15,745 bases of DNA, taken from contig JBHLPF010000054.1 of assembly GCA_048939765.1 (NCBI GenBank), positions 1 to 15,745 on the forward strand. The letters are read 5' to 3'. Positions within the stretch are counted from its first letter, which is position 1, and each line of letters starts with the position of its first letter. Under the pieces are notes generated by a model. That model searched no databases and was not told the origin of the DNA. It was given only the letters and a program-made list of their open reading frames with translations. The DNA comes from Promethearchaeota archaeon. GTDB lineage: Archaea > Asgardarchaeota > Thorarchaeia > Thorarchaeales > Thorarchaeaceae. This document shows positions 1-7,563 of this stretch, one piece after another. The position numbers were made by a program, and so were the translations under genes.

Positions 1-1661
1 GCGCTCGAACAGGCTATGCCTCTTCCTTTACTCTGCGAATCCCTCAGCTAATCTCGTACCAGGTCAGAAAACTAGTGGCCACTTTCCATAAAGCGATCAA
101 AGCGAAGGGCTACGGGGGCGAGTTTAGTGCTGTATATCCAGTGAAGGTGAATCAACGGCGGGACTATGTGGTACAAGTCCTTCATACAAATCCAGACTAC
201 GGTCTTGAAGCCGGCACAAAGGCAGAGCTGTTTCTCATCAAATCCGTTGTGGAGAATGAGAAACACCGACTCATTATCTGTAATGGAGCCAAGGATCCTG
301 AATACCTCAACACAATACAGGCTTGCATTGAAGAGGGCTACAACATAGCAATATCCATTGAGTCACTTCATGAAGCTCGACTCATTGTAGACAAATTCCA
401 TCCTGGAAAGGTCAACATGGTTTTGAGAATCAAACCATACATTACAGCCAGGGGCCATTGGTCACATTCAGCAGGACGCGACTCTAAGTTTGGCCTTAGT
501 ATTCACGACCTGTTCGATGTGTTACACCTGCTGAAGGCAAACGGATTCGAGGACTCAGTTTCCACTATTCTGGGACATGTTGGCTCTCAAATCACAGCGA
601 TTGAGGATTTCGTAGGATTCGCGGAGTTTATGACGAGGGCATTCATGGAGTTGCGGCAGAATGGCCTCACAAATCTCATCACGATTGATTTTGGTGGCGG
701 ACTCCCCATCGATTATACTAGTACATACGCCTCAAACTTGATGGAGCAATATGCTGAATCGTTGGTCAAAGGCATCCAGAATGAGCTACTCAAATGGTCG
801 AAGGGAGTTGCTCCAAACATAATGGTTGAGTCTGGGCGAGGACTAACCGCTCTTGGTTCTGTGGTACTGGTCAAAGCCTTGGAGGTACGGTCTGTATTCC
901 CACGCCTTGAGGACATCGGCGAGAGTAGCAGGGAGCAATACGAGGCTGTGGTGAAAGAGATAGTAGATGCTGCTTCTGTCAACGAACTCGCGGAAATCTG
1001 GAACTCCTTCCAGAGGGGCAAGAGCACTCTGGCGGACTCCCTTGTTGCACTAAGGGAGAGAGAGGCGCTAATCGGTCAAGTGAGAGCTGAGATTCGTAAT
1101 AAAATCGCAAGATTGGGAGTAACAAGCTTGAGGTCTGACGCATTGAGTGAGAGCCTGTGGCATCCAGACCATATTGTGATAGGAAACTTCAGTGTGTTCA
1201 ATAGTGCTTGCGATTACGTTCTGGTGAAACAGCATTTTCCAATTGTTCCTATTCGAGATCTTCATCTTCGCCCCGAAACAACTGTGCGACTTTGTGACTT
1301 AACCTGTGATTCAGATGGCGAGATTTCACAGTTCCATAGAAAAGGTACTGGAGAGGCCTGGTTCACTCGAGATTACCGCCCAGTGACCATGCCTATAGGG
1401 CAGATGGGAGAGGGAATTCCTGTTGGGTCAATCAAGAACATACCCGGCTCATACTTCGCTATCGCCCTAACAGGCGCGTATCAAGATGTGATAGAGATGA
1501 ACCACAATCTCCTAGGAGACCTTCCTGATGTCGAGCTCATCCTCAACAAAGAAGGAAAGTGGCAGGTCAGGTGGATGAGCGGTGCTGAGAGCATGGAGCA
1601 CATTCTGGAGGAGATGGGATTCGTTGGCTTCGACATCGACGAAGATCCGTACATTTCCTGA
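1..1661 (+). CDS. speA: Biosynthetic PLP-dependent arginine decarboxylase (fold type III), 5'-truncated by the window edge
   Basis: The frame is open from nt 3 (ARTGYASSFTLRIPQLI..., matching SpeA LRFPxIL), so the true start is upstream of the window. SpeA motifs in order: YPVKVNQ (PLP Lys), GLEAGTKAE, ICNGAKD, SKFGL, HVGSQI, DFGGGL, ESGR, NFSVFNS, FPIVPI, DLTCDSDG, GAYQDV..NHNLLG. Confidence 0.9.
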   Translation, partial: ARTGYASSFTLRIPQLISYQVRKLVATFHKAIKAKGYGGEFSAVYPVKVNQRRDYVVQVLHTNPDYGLEAGTKAELFLIKSVVENEKHRLIICNGAKDPEYLNTIQACIEEGYNIAISIESLHEARLIVDKFHPGKVNMVLRIKPYITARGHWSHSAGRDSKFGLSIHDLFDVLHLLKANGFEDSVSTILGHVGSQITAIEDFVGFAEFMTRAFMELRQNGLTNLITIDFGGGLPIDYTSTYASNLMEQYAESLVKGIQNELLKWSKGVAPNIMVESGRGLTALGSVVLVKALEVRSVFPRLEDIGESSREQYEAVVKEIVDAASVNELAEIWNSFQRGKSTLADSLVALREREALIGQVRAEIRNKIARLGVTSLRSDALSESLWHPDHIVIGNFSVFNSACDYVLVKQHFPIVPIRDLHLRPETTVRLCDLTCDSDGEISQFHRKGTGEAWFTRDYRPVTMPIGQMGEGIPVGSIKNIPGSYFAIALTGAYQDVIEMNHNLLGDLPDVELILNKEGKWQVRWMSGAESMEHILEEMGFVGFDIDEDPYIS

Positions 1662-1692
1662 TCATCATGCGATTTCATGCTGGTTCTCAACG

Positions 1693-1699
1693 CTTAAAG
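1693..1699 (+). promoter_or_regulatory. Candidate archaeal TATA box for larE (CTTAAAG)
   Basis: AT-rich hexamer about 35 nt upstream of ATG 1731 in a 69-nt intergenic gap; weak match to the consensus. Confidence 0.3.
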
Positions 1700-1730
1700 A
1701 CTGGAGAGAGCAACTGACATAGAACAAGAA

Positions 1731-2534
1731 ATGCCAGAGTCATATCATTCCAAACTAGAGGTTTTGAGAGAGTCACTCAGAGGGAAGAAGGTGCTTATAG
1801 CTTTTAGTGGCGGCGTTGACAGCTCGACTCTAGCCATGATAGCGCGAGATGTAGCAGATAAAGTGGTTCTCTTTACGATGAATTCTGTCACCTTTGCTGA
1901 ATCAGAGCTCGAGGTCGCCAAACGTGTCGCATCAGAACTTGGGCTACCGCATGACATCGAATGGCATGACTGGTTGGCGGAGGGAGAGCTTGCAGAGAAT
2001 CCGAGAGATCGATGCTATCAATGCAAGAAGAAACTTGCAAAGCGATGGATCCAAGAAGCAGAAAAGCGAGGACTCGACCTTGTCATCGACGGTACTACAG
2101 CAAGTGATGCTGATAGTTATCGACCGGGAGAGAGCGCGCTAAGAGAAACCAGCGTTCGCTCACCATTGCTTGAGGTGGGTATGACAAAAGACGAGGTCCG
2201 GGATATCGCGCGAGAGAATGGCTTGTCAGTAGCTGATCGTCCTTCTTTGGCATGTCTGGCCACGAGATTTCCCTATGGGACCCAGATAACGAATGAGAAG
2301 CTCGAGATTGTCGCTGGAATTGAAGACTTCGCTCGACTCCATTTTGGAGTAAAGAGTGTGCGTGCACGTTATCACGGAGATTTGGTGCGACTGGAAGTTG
2401 GACGGGATGAACGCTCAAAGCTGTTTGATGAAAATAAGCTTGATGAGTTCCAAAAGTATGCAAATGACCTGGGCTTCGCTTTCGTTACTATTGATGTATT
2501 TGGATACAGAACTGGAGCTATGGATGAAAGCTAA
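1731..2534 (+). CDS. larE: LarE-family ATP-dependent sulfur insertase (PP-loop, TIGR00268-like), 3-Cys form
   Basis: PP-loop AFSGGVDS, NPRDRCYQCKK (C95/C98), DGT..D..YRPG, SPLLE.G.TK.EVR, PSLACLATRFPYG (C175), VRARYHG..RLEV, GF.FVTID..GYRTGAM. Confidence 0.9.
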   Translation: MPESYHSKLEVLRESLRGKKVLIAFSGGVDSSTLAMIARDVADKVVLFTMNSVTFAESELEVAKRVASELGLPHDIEWHDWLAEGELAENPRDRCYQCKKKLAKRWIQEAEKRGLDLVIDGTTASDADSYRPGESALRETSVRSPLLEVGMTKDEVRDIARENGLSVADRPSLACLATRFPYGTQITNEKLEIVAGIEDFARLHFGVKSVRARYHGDLVRLEVGRDERSKLFDENKLDEFQKYANDLGFAFVTIDVFGYRTGAMDES

Positions 2535-2575
2535 TGCCTATCATGCCCTCGATTAGATAAGCTGACTGGAATTGA

Positions 2576-2791
2576 TCAAGTGATTTCCAGTTCGATATCC
2601 TCTCCTGTCCACTGCTTGACCAAAATATAGAGATGCTTTATCTGATGTGGCTTGAGACGTGGCATCGTTTCCGATATCCACTTTCTCATCATGAATGAGT
2701 TCAGATACTGCTCTCGCAACTTCTTCGTAGCATTAGACAAAGGAAACCCTCCTGATGACATTCCTTTTCTAGGACCGTACCTATTAGCCAT
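2576..2791 (-). CDS. Small basic hypothetical protein (71 aa, MANRYGPRKG...)
   Basis: The ORF fills the gap between larE and the peptidase. ATG 2791 avoids overlap with the peptidase, whereas the track start 2854 overlaps it. No family recognised. Confidence 0.55.
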   Translation of the reverse strand: MANRYGPRKGMSSGGFPLSNATKKLREQYLNSFMMRKWISETMPRLKPHQIKHLYILVKQWTGEDIELEIT

Positions 2792-2823
2792 GGTAGTCAC
2801 ATAAACCTTTGCGAAGAATTTTA

Positions 2824-4005
2824 CTAGATGCAGATTAGCTCCTTCTGAGGGCACGAAAGGAGCTCGCAGCCCTTCCTGGTGATGAGGATATCCTCCTCCA
2901 AGCCTACTTGTCCGTAGTGTTCGGTCGTGACGTAAAGTTCCAGAGTGAATACGTTTCCGACCTCAACCACCCCCATGGGCGTTTCGCCATATCGTTCCCA
3001 TCGTGGTCCAAGTAGTGCGCCTCCATCATGAGCTTGCCGTCCAACTTGGTGCCCCAATGCATGTTGATATTCATCATACCCACGTTCCTTGACAAAGTCA
3101 CGAGCTATCGTGTCGACTTCATATCCCACCGCACCGGGACGTATCCAGTCAGCGGCAGCTTGAATGGCATCTCTGACGGTTTCAAAGGCATTCTGAACTT
3201 CTTCAGGCACGTCCTTGGGCTTTCCAAAGAAGAACATCCTTTGAATATCAGAGCAATAATCCATATACTTCACGCCAAAATCAAAGTGGAGGAGATGTCC
3301 ATCCTTAGTAACATGAGAAGTAGGGCCTGAATGACCAAACTGCTTGTAGGGACCAGCATCGACTGCTGGATTATGGTCGCTTTCCCAGGCGAAGCCAACT
3401 CCGTGCCTGCTCATTGCTTCGTGAAACTTGCTTTGTATCTCAACTTCCGTCATATCGACTTTAAGAAATGTCTTGGCCTCCTCAAAGATGGATTCCGTGA
3501 TTCTTACAGCTTCTCTAATTCTATCAATCTCGGTCTTAGTCTTGCGTCCGCGTAATTTGGATACGACATTCTCTGCACTCACAAGACGATTCTTGAAATC
3601 CGAGTCAGCAAGATAGTCTTGGAGAATTAGATACATGCCATAAGAGAGACCATCCGCGGCAACATCATTCTTGCTGTAATTGATTGCGATCTTCACTGGT
3701 CCTAGTCGGTTCAATTCTTTGATGAGGACCTCCTTAATGTCCTTAGTGTAAGGAATAACTCCATCAAAAAGGTCAGTCGCTCTTGCGGCATCCGCATCGA
3801 AGTTGCCGACTATCGCGATAGGCCTTTTATTCAATGGGAACAGCAACGCAGACTGCCACACAAAACTCCCTGGATAGATTAGTTCAAGAACTGGGTCGGC
3901 CATCTGAGAGGTTTCTCGAACCCAAACCAGCCATAAATCAGTGTCATCCTCAGTGAGAATTTGAGATATCTGCTTCACCTTTTCCTTCTGCAATTCATTT
4001 TTCAT
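2824..4005 (-). CDS. M24 family Xaa-Pro aminopeptidase/dipeptidase
   Basis: LRGRKTKTEIDRIREA linker, then pita-bread metal ligands HFDFG, YCSDIQR, HALGHQVG..HD, FTLE, LEEDILIT. Confidence 0.9.
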   Translation of the reverse strand: MKNELQKEKVKQISQILTEDDTDLWLVWVRETSQMADPVLELIYPGSFVWQSALLFPLNKRPIAIVGNFDADAARATDLFDGVIPYTKDIKEVLIKELNRLGPVKIAINYSKNDVAADGLSYGMYLILQDYLADSDFKNRLVSAENVVSKLRGRKTKTEIDRIREAVRITESIFEEAKTFLKVDMTEVEIQSKFHEAMSRHGVGFAWESDHNPAVDAGPYKQFGHSGPTSHVTKDGHLLHFDFGVKYMDYCSDIQRMFFFGKPKDVPEEVQNAFETVRDAIQAAADWIRPGAVGYEVDTIARDFVKERGYDEYQHALGHQVGRQAHDGGALLGPRWERYGETPMGVVEVGNVFTLELYVTTEHYGQVGLEEDILITRKGCELLSCPQKELICI

Positions 4006-4021
4006 AACCGGTTTCCCCCTC

Positions 4022-5140
4022 TCAGATGTGTTGATCGTTGGGACTGATAACCGCCTTCACTGATTCGTGACGTTCCTGTGTTTCTAATGCCTCCTGCGCC
4101 TTGTCAAGTGAGAACCTATGCGTCACGACATCTTCAAACGGAAATTCGTCGTAGTTGTCAGCAATGGTACGGACCGCTTGGTATACATGCGTAGTTTCCG
4201 AACCCCAGACTGTGCGGATATCGAGATGCTTTCGATTCATTAGATGAGGATTGATTTCCACCGTCCCACTGTCTGTGTATTGGCCGCAGATTGTATAGGT
4301 TCCACCTTCCCTCACAAGCTCAATCCCCTCGGGGATGGCCAACGCATTTCCTGTTGCTTCATATACGATATCAGGACCATGCCCATCAGTGATGTTCCGC
4401 AGGAAATCATAACGTTCCTTCAACGAGGTCTCCCTGATGTTCAGGGTATGAGTTGCTCCGAACTTCTCAGCCAGCTTGAGTCGGTGGGGTTCCATGTCGA
4501 TTGAGGTGATTGTAGCAGCTCCATTGATCTTGGCGAGTGATAGAAGCATAAGGCCCACAGGGCCTGCACCCTGAATCACAACGTTTGAACCCCACTTCAA
4601 GGGACTACGAGTTACTGTGTGCACTGCTGTTGGCATAGCACAACCCACCGCACCCGCGCCATCGAAACTCACATGATCAGGGATGTGAATTACATGCGTT
4701 CCAGGGGAAAGATACACATACTCACTATAAGCTCCAATGAGATGAGGCCATTTGGTAGAGTCCATGGTGATGCCATACACTTCCCGATTGGGACATTTTG
4801 TAGGAGCCTTGGCAATCAGACAAAACCAGCAGGAATAGCAGGTCTTCGTCACATCATGAATAGTGACCCTGTCTTCAACTTTTATCTCGTGACCATCTAC
4901 ATTCTTGATCTTCTTTGGTCCTATGGCTTCAACTGTTCCCACCATCTCATGTCCAGGAATCAGGGGATATGGGACACCAGCTAGCTTCCCATGCCATAAA
5001 TGAACATCAGTTCCGCAAACGCCTGCATTCGCCACTTTAAGCAGAGCAGCACCGGGTTTCAGCTCAGGAATCTCAAACTCCCGAATTTCAACAGGAGCAT
5101 CTGGCTTGGGGATTACAGCTGCACGACTTGTCTTGGGCAT
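4022..5140 (-). CDS. Zinc-dependent medium-chain alcohol dehydrogenase (MDR; TM0436-like), probably NAD(H)-specific
   Basis: GVCGTD, GHE and VGC catalytic-Zn ligands; CYSCWFC......KC structural Zn; GAGPVG Rossmann motif with an acidic IDME. Start placed at ATG 5140 (MPKTSRAAV), preceded by a GAGGT RBS. Confidence 0.9.
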   Translation of the reverse strand: MPKTSRAAVIPKPDAPVEIREFEIPELKPGAALLKVANAGVCGTDVHLWHGKLAGVPYPLIPGHEMVGTVEAIGPKKIKNVDGHEIKVEDRVTIHDVTKTCYSCWFCLIAKAPTKCPNREVYGITMDSTKWPHLIGAYSEYVYLSPGTHVIHIPDHVSFDGAGAVGCAMPTAVHTVTRSPLKWGSNVVIQGAGPVGLMLLSLAKINGAATITSIDMEPHRLKLAEKFGATHTLNIRETSLKERYDFLRNITDGHGPDIVYEATGNALAIPEGIELVREGGTYTICGQYTDSGTVEINPHLMNRKHLDIRTVWGSETTHVYQAVRTIADNYDEFPFEDVVTHRFSLDKAQEALETQERHESVKAVISPNDQHI

Positions 5141-5265
5141 CTTGACTACCTCATTGCCAACAATTCGTTGGTAGTTGATTGGAAAACCCCGATTTAACAC
5201 TGAGGCTTTAACCAATATGCGGCAAATGAAAAATGCTAAAGAGTGGTAGTCTTGGTTTCTAACTC

Positions 5266-5670
5266 ATGGGAGAAACATTCAAGCTCTACCTCCACGAGAT
5301 TCAACCGAGTCAACTCTATATCAGCCAGGCAAAGCTAGATGCGGTCATCAATGGGAGGAACAGGGGAAACTTGGCCATGTATGCGCCAATCCCGATCAAG
5401 GAGCTAAATGGGGAGCTTGTGTCTACAGATGGACACACACGAGGAATAGCGTGGCTACTTGAAGGCTATGAAGAAGCAGAGGTTGAATGGGAAACAGTAG
5501 AGATGGACTGGGAGGAATATGCGGTCTATGTCCAATGGTGCAAAGATGAGGGAGTGTTTTCCATAGAGGACCTCAAGAATCGCATCATTAGTCACGACGA
5601 TTACAAGGTACTTTGGTATGAGCGATGCAAAGCATTCCAAGATGAATGGGCCTTGAAAAAGCAAGACTAG
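5266..5670 (+). CDS. Small stand-alone ParB/sulfiredoxin-like domain protein
   Basis: IQPSQ at the N-terminus, PIPIK and the TDGHTR signature of the ParB/Srx fold, followed by an acidic, Trp-rich C-terminus. No HTH. Confidence 0.65.
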   Translation: MGETFKLYLHEIQPSQLYISQAKLDAVINGRNRGNLAMYAPIPIKELNGELVSTDGHTRGIAWLLEGYEEAEVEWETVEMDWEEYAVYVQWCKDEGVFSIEDLKNRIISHDDYKVLWYERCKAFQDEWALKKQD

Positions 5671-5713
5671 ATGGCTCTAGGACGTTCAAGGGGCATGTCC
5701 GCAACAATGAAGG

Positions 5714-5756
5714 TTATAAGGAATTAACTATGGTTTATCAAATGATGGTTAGGTGA
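5714..5756 (+). promoter_or_regulatory. Candidate promoter (TTATAAG TATA box) and AGGTGA RBS for the tusA-dsrE-iscS-iscU operon
   Basis: TTATAAG at 5714-5720 with purine-rich sequence upstream; AGGTGA at 5751-5756, 8 nt before ATG 5765. Confidence 0.5.
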
Positions 5757-5764
5757 AATCCTTC

Positions 5765-6007
5765 ATGTCAAGTATTGAACCCGTTGAAACACTTGATTGC
5801 ATTGGACTGTTCTGTCCACAGCCGCTTTTCCAGACAAGAGAAGCAATAGACAGTATCGCAGCCGGCGAGGTCCTTGAACTGCTCGCCGATGATCCTGCGG
5901 CAGAGGAAGATATCAAACGATTCTGTAAGAGAACTGGGCATGAACTCCTCAGTTTCGAGAGACTGGAGGACGGTACACAAAGATTCCTGATCAGAAGAAA
6001 GGAGTGA
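5765..6007 (+). CDS. tusA: TusA/SirA-family sulfur carrier protein
   Basis: LDCIGLFCPQP (CPxP persulfide Cys), GEVLELLADDPAA..DI..FC...GH, final RFLIRR strand. ATG 5765 chosen because the GTG at 5753 lies inside the RBS. Confidence 0.92.
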   Translation: MSSIEPVETLDCIGLFCPQPLFQTREAIDSIAAGEVLELLADDPAAEEDIKRFCKRTGHELLSFERLEDGTQRFLIRRKE

Positions 6008-6014
6008 CTCAATC

Positions 6015-6368
6015 ATGAGCAGTATACTTTACGTGCAGACCAGCGACGACCCGGAGAGACAGTATTCACCCCTTGTCCTCGCTCAGAGCGCAAAGGCGAT
6101 GGATATCGAAGCGGCGGTATATTATCTCGGCCAAGGCCTGAGGATACTCCGGCCGGGTGCAGCTGACAAGATACAGGTTGGCAGCTTTCCAAGTGTCGCT
6201 GAAATGCTTAGGAAGACAATGGAGATGGGAATTAAGGTCTATGTGTGTGAAGCCTCAAAACAGATGCTCGGATGGGAAAAGGTAGAGCTAGTAGAGGGGT
6301 GCAAAATAGTTGGTGCGGCAACACTCAACGACTTAGTCCTAGAGCACGATGCCACAATGTGGTTCTAG
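6015..6368 (+). CDS. DsrE/DsrF-like sulfur-relay protein
   Basis: 117 aa with an A..A.AMD..A.VYY.G.G pattern, GIKVYVCEAS (conserved Cys) and VGAATL..L..E.D...F at the C-terminus. Starts 7 nt after tusA. Confidence 0.85.
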   Translation: MSSILYVQTSDDPERQYSPLVLAQSAKAMDIEAAVYYLGQGLRILRPGAADKIQVGSFPSVAEMLRKTMEMGIKVYVCEASKQMLGWEKVELVEGCKIVGAATLNDLVLEHDATMWF

Positions 6369-6378
6369 GTGAAAGCGA

Positions 6379-7557
6379 GTGGGCGACATAAGAGAGGTGT
6401 ATCTGGACTACCAAAGCTCGAAGCCTGTAGATCCGCGTGTCATTGAGGGCATGCTACCTTATTTCCATGAGCGCTTTGGTAATGCTTCAGCTCTTCACCG
6501 TGTGGGGGATGTAGCCACTGAGGCTCTTGAAGAGAGTAGACGGGTTATTGCGGATTACATCAATGCCGACTATGATGAGATCATCTTCACATCTGGTGCA
6601 ACAGAGTCGAACAACATGGCCCTAATAGGCTATGCCATGAAGAACAAGAGTAAAGGAAACCACGTAATCATTTCAGAGGTTGAACATATTTCTATTAGTA
6701 ACATAGGTAAGTACCTAGAGCGCCAGGGATTCGAGGTCTCAAAGGTGCCTGTGGATATGTATGGGCGAGTGCCATTGAAGAAATTGGAACGCAGAATAAG
6801 AGATGATACAATACTCATTTCAATTCAATATGCCAGCAATGAGATTGGTACGATTCAGCCAATCCAGGAAATTGGAAAATTGGCTGAAAAGAAGGGAATT
6901 GCATTTCACACCGATGCGGTAGCAGCTCAAGGATTAGTGCCAATTGACGTGAAGAGAGACAATATTCACCTCATGTCCCTGTCATCGAATGACTTCTATG
7001 GCCCCAGAGGAATAGGGGTACTGTTCATGAAGAAGAGATACAGAGTCAATCCCATTTTGATTGGAGGCGGACAGGAAAGAGGGTTGAGGTCAGGGACCGA
7101 GGATGTTGCAGGAATCGTTGGCATGAGACTTGCCATCGAAATAATGAAAGAAGAGATGCCAGACGAAGTCAAGCGGCTCCAGGGATATCGTGACCGCTTG
7201 ATTGACACAATACTGGATGAGGTCCCAGATAGCCATCTGAATGGTCACCCGACAGATAGACTCGCAAGCAATGCCCATTTCAGATTCGATGGAGTGGAAG
7301 GCGAATCGTTACTCTTGTCATTCAAGGACAAAGGAATTGCTGTGTCTACGGGCTCAGCCTGCACTTCCAAGACGCTTGCCCCATCAGCAACTCTTATTGC
7401 AACTGGGCTTATTCACGAAGAAGCACATGGATCACTACAGCTTACACCTGGAAGATTCAACACTGATGATGACATTGACAGAGTCCTCGAAGTAACTCCA
7501 GAGGTACTCATGCGAATTCGAGGTATGTCTCCAATCTATAAGCCAAAGGCGATGTGA
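6379..7557 (+). CDS. iscS: IscS/NifS class-I cysteine desulfurase homolog lacking the PLP lysine (Archaeoglobus-type)
   Basis: YLDY...P.D, FGN.S..H, IIFTSGATESNN, EH, NEIGTIQPI, HTDA, GGGQERGLRSGT, STGSACTS (Cys328 intact). The PLP-Lys motif reads SSNDFYGPRG. GTG start with an AGGTGA RBS overlapping the dsrE stop. Confidence 0.92.
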   Translation: MGDIREVYLDYQSSKPVDPRVIEGMLPYFHERFGNASALHRVGDVATEALEESRRVIADYINADYDEIIFTSGATESNNMALIGYAMKNKSKGNHVIISEVEHISISNIGKYLERQGFEVSKVPVDMYGRVPLKKLERRIRDDTILISIQYASNEIGTIQPIQEIGKLAEKKGIAFHTDAVAAQGLVPIDVKRDNIHLMSLSSNDFYGPRGIGVLFMKKRYRVNPILIGGGQERGLRSGTEDVAGIVGMRLAIEIMKEEMPDEVKRLQGYRDRLIDTILDEVPDSHLNGHPTDRLASNAHFRFDGVEGESLLLSFKDKGIAVSTGSACTSKTLAPSATLIATGLIHEEAHGSLQLTPGRFNTDDDIDRVLEVTPEVLMRIRGMSPIYKPKAM

Positions 7558-7563
7558 TGAAGA

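Noticed and set aside
6379-7557. iscS as a decaying pseudogene
   Set aside because: The ORF is full length and uninterrupted, with intact RBS coupling and the catalytic-loop Cys. The substitutions mirror a known natural variant.
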